Below are positions 27,110-48,900 of a DNA stretch of 64,000 nucleotides, one piece after another. This stretch comes from Balanoglossus misakiensis (Eukaryota; Animalia; Hemichordata), in contig CM082594.2 in assembly GCA_040954595.2 (NCBI GenBank), positions 11,412,276 to 11,476,275 on the forward strand, written 5' to 3'. Within the stretch, counting starts at the first letter, position 1. Every line of letters starts with the position of its first letter. Made by a program: the position numbers and the translations under genes. The notes under the pieces were generated by a model. It did not search any database and was not told where the DNA came from. It saw nothing but the letters and a program-made list of their open reading frames with translations.

Positions 27110-30100
27110 TTAATTGTAGTTTGGTAAGGTCATGATGTGGTTACACCAATCTGTGGGGAAAAAAAGATAAAGGCAGTTCAGTTTCTGATTTTTAGATGAC
27201 CCAACTGCCAATGTTGCCATTACACAATTAGGAGCTGAAATATTTCAGCAATAACATTTCTTTTGTAAAAACAGAACTCTCAGTCTCCAAAGGAAATGAC
27301 TTTCTGATATCAAACTGGGTAAGTATGGATTCACCTCTTCTAAGCTCTAAAGCCTAATTATGATGGCGACAAAATTGGCAATGAGTCAGACAAAAGTTCT
27401 GAAATTAGAGAATAGTAATGGACTGTTATGATGTGATTGATAAACGAACACATATGTCAATAAAAACAAATAAATATACACCAATAAATAAATAAATAAA
27501 TAAATAAATGAGTGAGTGAAAATAGGTGAAGAGAAAGAATTTTGAGTGTGAGTGGTACTTATTAACTGACTTCACAACCAATGTGCACAAATATGTACAA
27601 ACATGTGCATATATATTGTCCTTCATGATCTCTCACATTTGACATTGTGTCGTACGAAAATGAGATTTCTGGATTTTCCACAGCGCTGGCTATGGGCATT
27701 TCAATTTCTTTTAGAGAGGCCCTCTTTGCAATACTGTATATACGTGTATACTGATATAAAACTGATGATTTGTGACACAATTTAAACATTTTGTGAAATT
27801 TATGACACACAAGAGCAGCAACTAGTACGTGAGATACAAATGAGATTGTGAGTGACACTGAAATGTCAATCAAGGTAAAAACAAAGAAAAAGACAAGAGA
27901 TTAGCTTAAAAGAGCATGCATAATTTACATCAAAAAATGATGTCAGTATAGATCATGATATAAAAAGAAGGAATGAGTTTCGATTAGCACAAAAAAATAA
28001 GTTGAAAGTAGAATTTTGAAATTTGACTAGTTTACCAATTTTAATAGTCATATGTTGGGGGTTTCAGGACGTGTGCTAACCATTCTGTGAAGAAAAAACA
28101 AACCATCGAAGAGTTTGTTGTCATTAAATGCAATTTAACAAGCCACTTTGGATCTAGAAGTGGGAAAAATGTTTTATCATTTCTCAATGTGTTCTGTCTC
28201 ACTTAGGGTAACTGGAAAGAATAACGACATGTTATACATTTGTAGTACTAGAACAAATTATCCTGTCAATAATCTGACTCAATGAATATCTCATCAGATG
28301 ACATTGATGTTTTTCAAATACATTGCATTAATCAAATGTTTGGCATGGGCACGATCTTTAATATAAAACTTTCAAATACATTCCAGTGACGTAGTCAAGC
28401 AGACGCCATGACCTTGCCTGAAGAAGGGTCACTCCGTGAGGAGAGCGCCCTCAAGCAACGAATCCCTAAATGTACAAAATAACGGGGTATGTAAATGACG
28501 GATTAAAAAGAAAATATTTACCTTCATAAGTTACATTGCCTTGTGGATCCTCGAAGCCAGTCAATACCGCCTCCACTTCATCTTCTGTCAATCTCTCACC
28601 TGAAACAACGAAGTACAGTACATATTACAGCGCGAAACAAGACGAAAATAAACGGACGAATCAATAAAAGAAAGGAGATCTGCCGTTGGTCAAATGTTTA
28701 GGAAAAGTACGCTTACCTAGTGTGGAAAGTACATGTCTCAATTCAGCCGAGCTGATTTCACCGTTGTTTTCTTTATCGAACACTTTCAAACCCTCAAGAT
28801 AGTCGTCGATTGTACCCTGATCTTTGCTTTTTGCTGCATCGTTGTACATTGGAAAAAACTCATCAAAACTAAATCGGTGATCTGAAAAAGGAGATAGATA
28901 CATATATACATGTAATAGGAAGTACAATATTCTCTCTCTCTCTCTCGCTCCATCTTTCTCCCTCCCTCTCTTTCTGTCTGCCCCCTTCTCCTCTCCCACT
29001 CCCCTCACAATACTCACTCGGTTCTTTGCCGTCCGTGATTTTCTTGACCGTTTCTAGGGTTGGATTAAGATTACAGGCGCGAAGACAGTCTCCAATCTGA
29101 TTGCAGGCTACCTTGCTATCTCCTTTTCTGTCGAACAGGGAGAAGGTATCCTTGATATCTGAGAAAGAAAATAGACAAGAAAGTTGAAGTAAATGAGTCA
29201 ACACAAATTATGCAATGTTATTGAGAGGAGACAGCACCAGAGAATACCGCGTAAGTATAGACGTCGCCGTACTCTACATCAGAATTTAATCAGATTGATA
29301 ATTATTATTCCAAACGCAAAATTATACGCTGACTGACTAAAATGTTATCGAATGCCTGTGCCTTGACCTGTCGACCCAAAGCCTGCACTATGAAGGCTAA
29401 AGGTCGTGTACCATACTTCAAATACCGTAGTGTCATTTTTCAAATTCATCACACCACAGACCAACGTGAGTCTATAATTATTAAACGTTGCATTTCTAAG
29501 TCTATTTTTCCTGAGATAGCAGATTTGAGCCACGATAATTTAGTTCAAAGGGTTAAATTTCGTCGGGAACTTGTTGACTATGAGTGTTAAATAAAAATAT
29601 TTAAATTTTAAACTAAAGAAACTGCGTCTTAAGGAAGTAAGTTACATGATTCCATTCGAAAAAAACGTCTTGCACATTAAAGGGGAACAAACACGTGATA
29701 CAGTTGTAAAGATTTATATTCCGAAAATTTGTGGTATGCAGACTATTCGCGCAAACCCCGACAATGTTCATATCTTGCAAATACAGCTTTTAAAATTTAC
29801 TAATAATCGCATAAAATAACTTGAACCAAGACTTAACACTGACTGTTTCTATTAAGCGCAAACTCCCTGCAGTCTCGATTTACTAACTACACTATAATAT
29901 ACATGTACCTACAATATGTACTATTAAAACCATGATGATTTAAGTGCAATTATGAATTTCTGCAACCATGGCGACAAAGCGACAATCGACATACACCAAT
30001 TATGCAAACTACGGAATTAAATAAAGGTTAATAATTTGGTTGTACAACAAGCTACTTGTCCTTGAAGACGCTGCCGTTGCTTTAGTTAATTTTCAGTGTA

Positions 30101-31155
30101 TTTTTTTATAATTTCGAAGTTGTTGTCTTGTTGACATCACTTGAACTTATTAAGATGATACCCAAGAAGCAGAGCGAACTATCATGGACATATTTGGGCA
30201 TAAGTAACTGGAGAAGCTGTCGGGTCGCGAGACTGCCTAGCTTGCCAAACATTATCATCTCTCAGCGGCATCTCAAATATTGGACGGTTTCCAACACAAG
30301 TGGTGGGTTCGGTGCAGATAGGATAATTTAAATGTCGGGCGAGTTGTTGTGTACGATACGATTCCTTTGAAGATAGAGGACTTATCGCGAGTGTCATTGA
30401 ATATTCTCGGCCAACACTAAGCTTTCCATGTCTAACTTGCGGTGGCTACTCTAAATCTCGAGCAGTGATTTACGGGGACAAAAAGAACTTTACTCTAAAT
30501 AAAGATCGCTGCATTTGTATATATAATTCACCAGCATCGAAACAAGTGCCTGGAAGGCCCAGAGAAGTTGACAATGTCCCCCGTCTGCGAACCACTGAAA
30601 CTTTGCGTTAACGTTCCTCCAAATGTTGGTCCGCGAAGCGTTCTAAATTTAATTTCAGCCTTCGCCTTTGAACGATCCAAAATTGTGTGGGTCAACGGCA
30701 AGAATTTTAGGTCTGTTAAGTTTTCAGTTGTACGATGCCCGGTCGACATATGCACATTCCAGGAATATATCTTTTTTTTACGTATTTACAGTTCAATTTT
30801 GGAATGACAACTGTAATTGAATTAAATCATAAAATGTGCTTAAAGTTCACAAAAATCTGAATGTTTTTGAAGTTGAAAAAAAAGTTAGCGGATTGTGCTT
30901 TGCCATGGCAGATTGAAGGTCACTAAATGAAAGGCTGACTCCAAATGCTTCGAAGTCCCTGGAAAGTTTTCTGTCAAAAGGAAATAATAAAATATATACT
31001 CACCATCGATCTCTTCTTGGCTGAGATTGTGAGACGCCGACTGAATAATCAAAAGACAGACACATCATTGTTAGACTTGGGCATTTTCAAACCAAACTCA
31101 CACAAAGTCAGGGTTACAAGAAAGATATGAGAGACGGGGTGGTTTTTCTTACCAT
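27110..31155 (-). CDS. Myosin essential light chain paralogue A, about 154-155 aa, with two alternative C-terminal exons
   Basis: Exons 31155-31153 (ATG only), 31040-31004, 29158-29018, 28881-28717, 28599-28522, then either 28084-28041 (EWLAHVLKPPTYDY*) or 27150-27110 (DWCNHIMTLPNYN*). Core: DIKDTFSLFDRKGDSKV...[40 protein letters not shown]...DPQGNVTYE. Confidence 0.92.
27483..27508. repeat. (AATA)n microsatellite
   Basis: Tandem AATA units in the last intron of light chain A. Confidence 0.85.
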
Positions 31156-33934
31156 TTTTGCAGCTTGGTGAGAGTTCCTACGTTCCTTGGCTGGCTAAGA
31201 GGAGTCTGCGCAAGGGATGTTGGGTTGAAATGAACTAAACGCCTGGCAAGGAATGTCTGGAATTCGGAGAGGTTTGATGATGCCTCGTTTTGGATTGATG
31301 CAGCGGAGAGACGTCACTGCTGCGTGTCAATGATGAGTTGGAGGGGGGGGGGGGTTGTTTCGGAGAGTGCGCGCAGCCTGTGCGCAGCCACATTGCAGAC
31401 AATCCTGAGATGCGTATACCGACTAATTAGAATCACGTGTGCATGTGACTATACGTCAAGGGAATTTCAAGTTCACATGGGAGGGAGAATTCCAATGCCA
31501 ACTTATCTTCCCCACTGCCAATAATATTCAAAAAGTTAAAAGTTCTCCGTAATTCAAAAAGTTGTTTAAAACGATAATTTTTAACAATATGCCCAACTAT
31601 TCGCGTTGGTATTCACCAACTTGCAGTATTCAGAAGTTCAGAAGTAATTGTATACACGTAGAATACGTAGCCATTGAAATCTGAGACGCGCCACTTGCAA
31701 TGCGCGGAGCACGCCAGGCACGCGTAGTATCTTGAGGTATGCCTACAGGCGACGCGACGTGACGCGTTCTGTCCAATATTTATATGAATATTTCCTCCAG
31801 ACAGATGTTGCAAGGCTAAGCCCTGACTCCGCTAATATCGTCTGTCTATCTCAAGGGCGTTTTTCTCTTTAATAGCAGCAAGTCACAGCTATCACTCCAT
31901 AAACAGTTTATTCCAAGCACTGAAGGTCTTGATGACGGCATTCAGAGAGGCACCCCCGGGGCGCTCAATTGCACAGTCACCAAACCTTGTCTCGCGACGA
32001 CAAAAAATTATGAACAAACAAAACCAGTGAACAAGTTACTTTTTAAATATTACCTAGACCCATGACAAGTTTTGTTATGAAATGCAGTGACTACTTCGGG
32101 AACACATCGGAGCTACACAAGAAAGTGCAATAGACATTAGAAACTCTCTCTTTATATTATCACCATTGCGTACCTCACCCACTTCAAGAACGTATCCAGC
32201 ACTATATCGCAGCCAGTTGTCGGGGTTCTCGCAAGTGGCCAGAAAATCAATAAAAAAAGACTACTGTATTTTTTTCAGTCCATAATAATTTAATTCATTT
32301 ATACATTGCACACAAAATAAATTCATGGGTATTTCCTCAGATTTTTATAGTTGGGGGGACAGACACCCTGTATGACTGGCAGAACATTTTTCACCTACCA
32401 CTACCTACACACTACTGTCCTACTACTTTCACAGACTGCGAGGTATACTTCAGGGTTTTCAAAGGGGCTTCTGGGTTAAAAATGTTACGTAGAAGATACA
32501 GTTGAAGACATGCCACCATGGTAACATGTCACCATGGTAACAGTGCCTCCAACGTTAGCTGAACTGGTAATGGTTTACGTCGGAAATATCACAATCTGAA
32601 CCAAAGATGGCGCTGTTCACGATATGCTGACATGAAAAAAAAAATGTATCATTTTTTCTGCATGTTTGTTCGAATTTTTGAGTTCTGGATAATTCAATAA
32701 TTTATTACAATGCTACCAGAGTGACAGAGAAACGTTTTTCTCCAATTTTTGAGAGCTGACACGGTGAGGCGCTTCGCTTAAGTTCAGATGTTGAAGATTT
32801 CCCCAAGAGTGAACAACATTTGAAGACAAACAACGGAAGGTGGTAATTCTACGTCAGCTGGCATGGAGGGGGCAAAACTCAAGTTCTGAGACAAACTCCC
32901 AGCAACAAGAAAGGAACCTCTAGAATATTGCATATGTATCACCTATCAGATATTTTTTTGTTCTTCAATCACAAAATTGATACTTGCTCTGCAAAAATAA
33001 TCAACCATTTACGAGTGTTCTCATCTTTCTGAAAAGTTTCTTACTCTAGCGAATTACAAGCTGGGAAAGATCTCTATGAATTTGTTTGCAACGTTGCATA
33101 CAATTGGTTTCTGGAAGGATTTTTTTTTACATACAAAGGGATTTATTTTTTTCTTGACAGTACATGAAAAAGATGACTATAAACAGGTGCCTCTAAATGA
33201 ATGCACAGTACAAGGAGTGATCACTTATTACGTACAAAAAAAAGCAATTCATTTACATTGAAGAAGCTATAGTGACTGATGAGTGAATTTTTTTTTCTTG
33301 TGTGAACACAACAAGTTGACATCTCTATATACGGAAACAATTAAATCACTTTGAAATGTTAACGATTTGGAGATACCAAAAACAACCAGAGTTAGCACAA
33401 AGGAATTGCGGAAAGCTCCTGAATATACACATTGTGGGGAAAAAAACAAACCATTTTTGGCACACACTGTACAAAACGTTTAGCAACGCAACAGTCTTGG
33501 TTACCATGGTTACCTGATAATATCCACTGGCAGTGTTTTCTCAAGTTTAAAAAATAAAACATGTAGGGAAAGAAATGGTGTCATTGGCAACACTATGGGA
33601 CAGGACGAAAGACACGATAAAAATAATGTACTCTCTGACCAAAAAACGTCTACAACCACACCGGACATTCTACGTTCTAGAAACAAACATGAGACATGGC
33701 AACAGATTGTGAAGATAGTCAGCTGCAAAAAAAGGCTTATGTGTAGTGACCTTTCAAAACTTGAGGTCATTGTCATAGAAACCTGGATGTCATTGCCCCT
33801 TTGTTATGTGGACCATATTTCTTGAAATCACTGCTGGCCATGGAATCAATAAACAGGTTTGTTCATACTCAATGATCATTTTTTGTCTAGGCTAAAATAT
33901 TCTTATTCAAGAATTTGCAGTTTTGTAAATGGTC

Positions 33935-34394
33935 TAGTCTCGGTTACCCAGACGCCTTTGCTTCTTCCGATGCTCTCCAGAAAAAGGGTCTGGGGAAATG
34001 CTATTGAAAGCTTTGTAAAACAAAATGGCCGATGTCAGGATTTTGATCATCGCCTGATTGGCTGAGCTGTCAGTATGACCCGGGTCACTGACTCTCGACA
34101 ATGTGTGATTATTTGTCGTATCTTCATATCAAGAGACCGGTACTTGTTGGTTGATGCGAAAGGCAAAAGGCGTCCTCTGTTAGCATTGTTGGAGAAATTA
34201 TATGAAATATCTTTGGTAGACGATTGTCAAAACTATTGCAGTGACCCGGGTCATACAGACAGCTCAGCCAATCAGGCGATGATCAAAATCCTGACATCGG
34301 CCATTTTGTTTTACAAAGCTTTCAATAGCATTTCCCCAGACCCTTTTTCTGGAGAGCATCGGAAGAAGCAAAGGCGTCTGGGTAACCGAGACTA
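33935..34394. mobile_element. 460-bp MITE / non-autonomous DNA transposon with 156-bp TIRs and 9-bp TSD
   Basis: Left arm 33935-34090 (TAGTCTCGGTTACCCAGACG...) and right arm 34239-34394 (...CGTCTGGGTAACCGAGACTA) are reverse complements with one mismatch by eye. The direct repeat TAAATGGTC flanks it at 33926-33934 and 34395-34403. No transposase is encoded. Confidence 0.95.
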
Positions 34395-34835
34395 TAAATG
34401 GTCCAGTTGCATGACCCCCGGGTCAAATGTCATGACCTCTGAGCTTTGACAACTCCCTACACTGACGATGACTACCTAATACAAAAAATCACCACCAACA
34501 CCTTTTTTTTCTGATGCTCTGAAGACTGATTTAAATTTCCATTCTTCAGATTGTTGTTAGTCGATGGAATCACACCGATTGCCTATTTCATTTATCTAGA
34601 TCTGACTGATGAACTTTGAGAACAAGAATTTGTGAAATTAGAACGATTAAGTAGTACTTGAAAGAATGTCAATATAACCCCACATGCCTGGATTCCCATT
34701 CAATGGATTGATTATTCCATAGCAAAGGGTTTGGGACATACCATCATTTTTTTAGGGGGAGGGGCCGGTCAAATGAGGGTGAGCTGTGTAGAATGTTTTG
34801 GCACTTGTGCTATTCGTAGTCATTTTGTAGTTTGC

Positions 34836-35097
34836 CAAGTTATGGGATCTTTTGCTATAAAATCATGACTTCAGGAGTCACTTGTAAACTTACCAAGACT
34901 TGGGTCTTCCACTAAGAATGCTTAACCTAGGGAGCCAACTTCAAACTTGCAAATACATGAGGCTTTTTGCTCTGAAAATCAATGGGAACCACTGGAAAAG
35001 TATTTTGCTACAAAATCTTGACCTAGGGAGTCAAACAGAAAATCACTCAAGCTATGGGGTCTTTTGATCATGAATTCTCTAACTGAGGAGTCATATT
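34836..35097. repeat. Degenerate minisatellite, about 5 copies of a roughly 50-58 bp unit
   Basis: Recurring frame CAAG..TGGG(A/G)TCTTTTGCTA.AAAATC.TGAC.T.GGAGTCA, with GGAG(T/C)CA near 34874, 34931, 35027 and 35087. Confidence 0.6.
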
Positions 35098-36282
35098 GAC
35101 ATTCTACACCTGTTCTATCACATTTATGATATTTACTTACTCTAAAAACAACAAACTGTACAAGATTCTTCTACATGACACTGCAAACCATTCCTACACA
35201 ATTTTTTTTACCGTGTAACATGATGAGGCAGCTCATTTTCCATCCCGCTTTCAAACCCTAATACTTTATTAAAAATGATATCACTTGAACTTTTCATTTC
35301 CATTTTGGCTTCCTACTTTTTGAATACTTGTATGCATCCTGTGCACAGTTGATATGTGTTCTATGAATTCATACCACCTAAGTTTACAAAGATTCTACAA
35401 ACACATTGTCCTTCCGACAATTTTCTCTCATTTTTTTTGCCCAGCCCACAACTATCATTGCTATTGTCAAGTAAATTCAAGCTCTAAAATACTTTTCTGT
35501 CAGAAGAAGAATATCTCTCACAAGTGGCTGTAATTTATAGATTTTGTATTCAGACTTACTTTCCAAAAGTTTCTGTTAGATCTCCACGACTGTATAATTT
35601 ACCTTGATCGACAAAAGACCGATAGGATGCAGCGATGTTCTTTAAGGGCTTCTGGGTTTTTAGTCCTTTCTAAAAATGTTGGGGAGCCAAGCACCCTAGG
35701 GTGAAAAGAACCGATGAAAGATATTCTTCCTCTTGAGGGTAACAGCTGCAGTCATTTCCAAATACTTCATCACTTTTACAGAAATTTACAGGTTTTCTCC
35801 TGAAGTCTGAAGATAAAAGAGATTTTTTTTTATTTGTACAGTACCAGTAGGGCCACGAGCGCTAGAAACTGAAGTCGTTTTTAGAAAAGTTGAACCAGAA
35901 ACAGCAGAAGAGAAGGGTCACTGATTTCTGTCCAGCCACAACATTTTTTTTTTTGACAAGTCTGGAAATGTGAGACAAGACCACTTAGCCCACTGTTAAA
36001 AGTCTTGCAATTTTTTACATAGTGAGTTGATATCAGACAACGTTCAAAGAGTATCACTTGATCAGAATAACGGTACGACGGAAACAAGAATTGATTTGAT
36101 CAGATATTTGAACAAGCAGTAGTGTTCACCAGGGAAAACGGTCTTTGTCACAAGTAAGTTTTTAAGTCTCAACAAGATGCAACGGACACGTCCCTGTCCA
36201 TCCATCTTCCCACCTCAAACGTTTGATTTTTTTTTTAGTTTCTTGTATGAATTAAATTTTTCTGCCGTATAAAAATATCAGC

Positions 36283-45521
<9,239 letters not shown>

Positions 45522-45780
45522 GATTTTAAGATCTTCTGTGGTGATTGAATCGGAAATAAACTGCAACAGCGAAGAAAAATAAGACAAAATGAATGGCGGC
45601 CATCTTTGAATAGTTTAGCAAATTGATTTTCAGCGTACAAAAGACATTGTTAATTTTAGATCCTGGTATTTTTATTTTAATGTAATCTTTCACCATTATT
45701 CAGACTTTTGTTCTTCAGATAAAATGATTTAAGGCACAAAGACTCGTGCAGAGAAAAATTAGCCATCTACTTTACCTTAC

Positions 45781-45944
45781 TTAGAGTCCAATCACAGCAG
45801 AGATGAGGCCAGAGGACAGAGGTCAAAGTTCATTGGTCAGGTCATGGATCGTTGAGGTCATCTTGGTTTCAGTCAGCTAGTACAGATAGAGTAGAATTTC
45901 ACCGTGAAGTTAGTTTTCTTGGAAATCCACTAATCACTACCATT
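45781..45944 (-). other. Probable 5'-UTR exon of the R3HDM-like gene
   Basis: Acceptor TTTTATTGCAG ending at 45945, tandem donors GTAAG/GTAAAG at 45780 and 45775, and stop codons blocking every AUG-initiated frame. Confidence 0.6.
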
Positions 45945-48900
45945 CTGCAATAAAACACAGAAGAATTGATTACAAACATTATCAATATGTGCTTGTTCAA
46001 AACTGGGATAAAGAGTGTACCTAATGATGAGTGATATTTATTCTCAGTACAGAAATATATGAACATTTCCCAGAAGGCCTGAAAATTTCAAAGCTATCAA
46101 AGTGAAATATTTGACATTCATTTGAATATCAAAAACATTTCAAGAAATACATTTGAGGCCAGATAACCAACGGTCTAAACATATCTGAGCGACAACATGT
46201 CTAGCTGGACTGCGAGGGAGTCGAATCCATCTAATTGGAGAATATTCTTTGTACATGCATATGTTAACAGAATCTTGACGTCAGCGCCATTATTGGTGGA
46301 CGTTCTTCACCGATGGCATTTGCAAACAAGGTTGACAAAATGTCAACATATGCCACGATGGATTTCTCTGCAATTTCAGGCTATTAATACCCATCTGTTA
46401 GCAAAATCTAATGAGGCAATTTCATTTGCCGGGGAAAAAATCAGATTCATGTCTTCCTAATGTAGATTAGTCAAGTGTGTACAGTAGTTACAACTACTAT
46501 CCTGGTTGCTTCACAGGCGTCAGCAGTGGTAAGCTACAATAATGGTTAACCCCTGATGACCGAGAGAGTTCTTGGAACAACTGAGGCTCAGGGTGCGTGT
46601 AAAGCTGGCGATAATATCTCTGAATAAATGAGAACCATATTTCCTGATCTATCAATAACCTTCAAAGCCTCCAACCATGTTTCAAGGTTGGAATTTCAAA
46701 TTCAGATATATAAATAAATTCTCATGAATGACAAAACAGTTAACCATTAATAAAACATGCAGACTACGTCTCTGTTCTATATGTACATCATTAGACAGTG
46801 GATTTGATTCATTTTTTTATATTTAATAGCTAGCCAGACAGATTACAATTACATAAATACCCATGAATTGGTAGTTTAAATAAAGGTTTGGCTACAGAGG
46901 TGTTATCAACAACAGAAACAGCCTGTCGGTAAGATCACAGGAAATGAAAACTGATGTTAAATATTGACCATTTGTTAGATAATGACAAAATATATCGTCA
47001 ATTTCCACAATCCAAAATTTGGAATATTTTGAGGAATAAAATTCAGATAAAAGACAATAAGGGTAAGGTTGGAAAAAGCATTGCTTCCTTGTGTCATAAA
47101 CTGTATCAGTTTGTCGGTAACGTTTATTGCAGCCATAACGTTGCGATTGGTTTCCATGAAATCTGACGAAGTGTGACTAAAAAAAAATCTCAGCAAGTTG
47201 TACGAAAAGAAACAATCTTTAGACCCTACCACCAAAATGGTTCAGTCCAGCTCCATTGTTTTCAAGCCACACTTGGATCTGTGCATAGCGAAGTGGGAGG
47301 GAAAGGTGAAAAATAATTGACAATATTACAGGTTGTTTGAAGTTGCTTTGTGCAGATAAGGGATCAGGTTGCATAAAAAACAATGGTTGTATTTTCAAGA
47401 TTTAATCTAAAACACACATCCTTGTTATGCTGAAAATGATTTTGCCTGTTTTTAATTTTAATTGATCAAAATTATCTTTGTGATATATTTCATTGAAATA
47501 GAATTTTTACCAGTCTGTGCAATGTACAGTTTCGCCTCTTTCGCGTCTGACTGAAAATATTGATTTGATTAAAAACACAAATTTTTAATGTGTTTGACTG
47601 TGACCCGCTTGATGCAACACGAAAATATATTTAATTTCAGATTTTCTGTTGACAGTAAAGAATGAATCAGCTTACATCAGTGTATGAAGGACATCATGAC
47701 CTTTTTCTCTCCTGCTATGCAAATTAGATCAGTTGTCATGGAGACAGTTTCACTCTAGTGTTTGTTTGTTGACACACACTATAATGAGGAAGTGATATTC
47801 GCTCTGGAAGTGGGACATCGTCAAGACAATTACCATTGGATTTTAAACCAAAAAAATTCTTATTCACAATTACTTGTCTCCCCAAAATGTCTTCACTGAT
47901 TTCAATATCACTAAAAATAAGGTTTCCACAAATGATTACAACATCAGGAACAGATGAATTATCAACCGCGGCAATTAATAAAATATTGGATGAATCAATA
48001 TTCTTATGTCAGTTCAGCTGATCTATCAATTCGCATTTTTATTTCGCCGTTCTCCGCTAATAACGCCCAATTGAAATTGACAACAAAAATCATCAAAATA
48101 GAAGAGACACATAGCAGTCCATAATAAAATCAGGTTTCCTTCCGAGAACAAACACAGTAGCACTGTAAACTCAAGGTTTACTTCAAATTGATGTGTCCTC
48201 TTTATTCCCCCATATATACAGGAGGATCTGCAAGAGAGCAACACACAGCGGTATTCCTTCCATGAATGAATTTAACGAGGCCCACTTGCCATTCATCAGC
48301 TGATTTGTGAATGGTTTCTGTCGGAGCAGAAAGGAAAAAAAAAAGAACGACATTCACCTCAGCGAGCTTCCGTGTTGTGCCTGTACACACACACACTGTC
48401 ACAGCTGAAAATCTACACCGATGTCGGAGGCACCCACTGAATGAACAGCATTCAAGGCCATCGACAACGCACAGTGAAATCAACACCGATACACAGTGAA
48501 TTTAAATCACAAAAGCAAGACAAACTCAGCTGTGGGGGAGGGGGAGAGGAGAGGAGGGGAATTAATCCACCTTCACATCGCATCAAGAGCTCACTGGTTA
48601 GAGATGGAATACAAGGAATGGATGAAAATCGGGAAGGGTTTACCTGATTCGGAAAGAGCCGGAATGGGCATCCATGTGAGCGGCATCACAGACCCTTTTG
48701 TGTGGAACATGTATATGAGTATGGAGATCTCCACACACATAGACACACACCATGAAATGTAGGACACAATATTATGAATATCCGATCGGGATCCTACTGT
48801 CAGCTGTTGGTTGGCATCAATTGATATTACCAGTCTTTATTATGTTATCTCTTTATCAGGTCAAATAAGGACACTGACCTTTATGCAAATGAGATGCTAA

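Noticed and set aside
28413-28465. Possible third C-terminal exon for light chain A (GIRCLRALSS...)
   Set aside because: It would need a 56-nt intron and has no similarity to the final EF-hand helix.
19220-31155. Calling the EF-hand genes calmodulin or regulatory light chains
   Set aside because: The motifs EGL(R/K)VFDK, ELRH(V/I)L(T/S)TLG(E/D)RL and the degenerate EF-hands 2 and 4 are diagnostic of essential light chains.
33859-34449. ORFs of 68 and 124 aa as a possible transposase
   Set aside because: They lie within the TIRs and short spacer of the MITE and show no DDE or DNA-binding motif.
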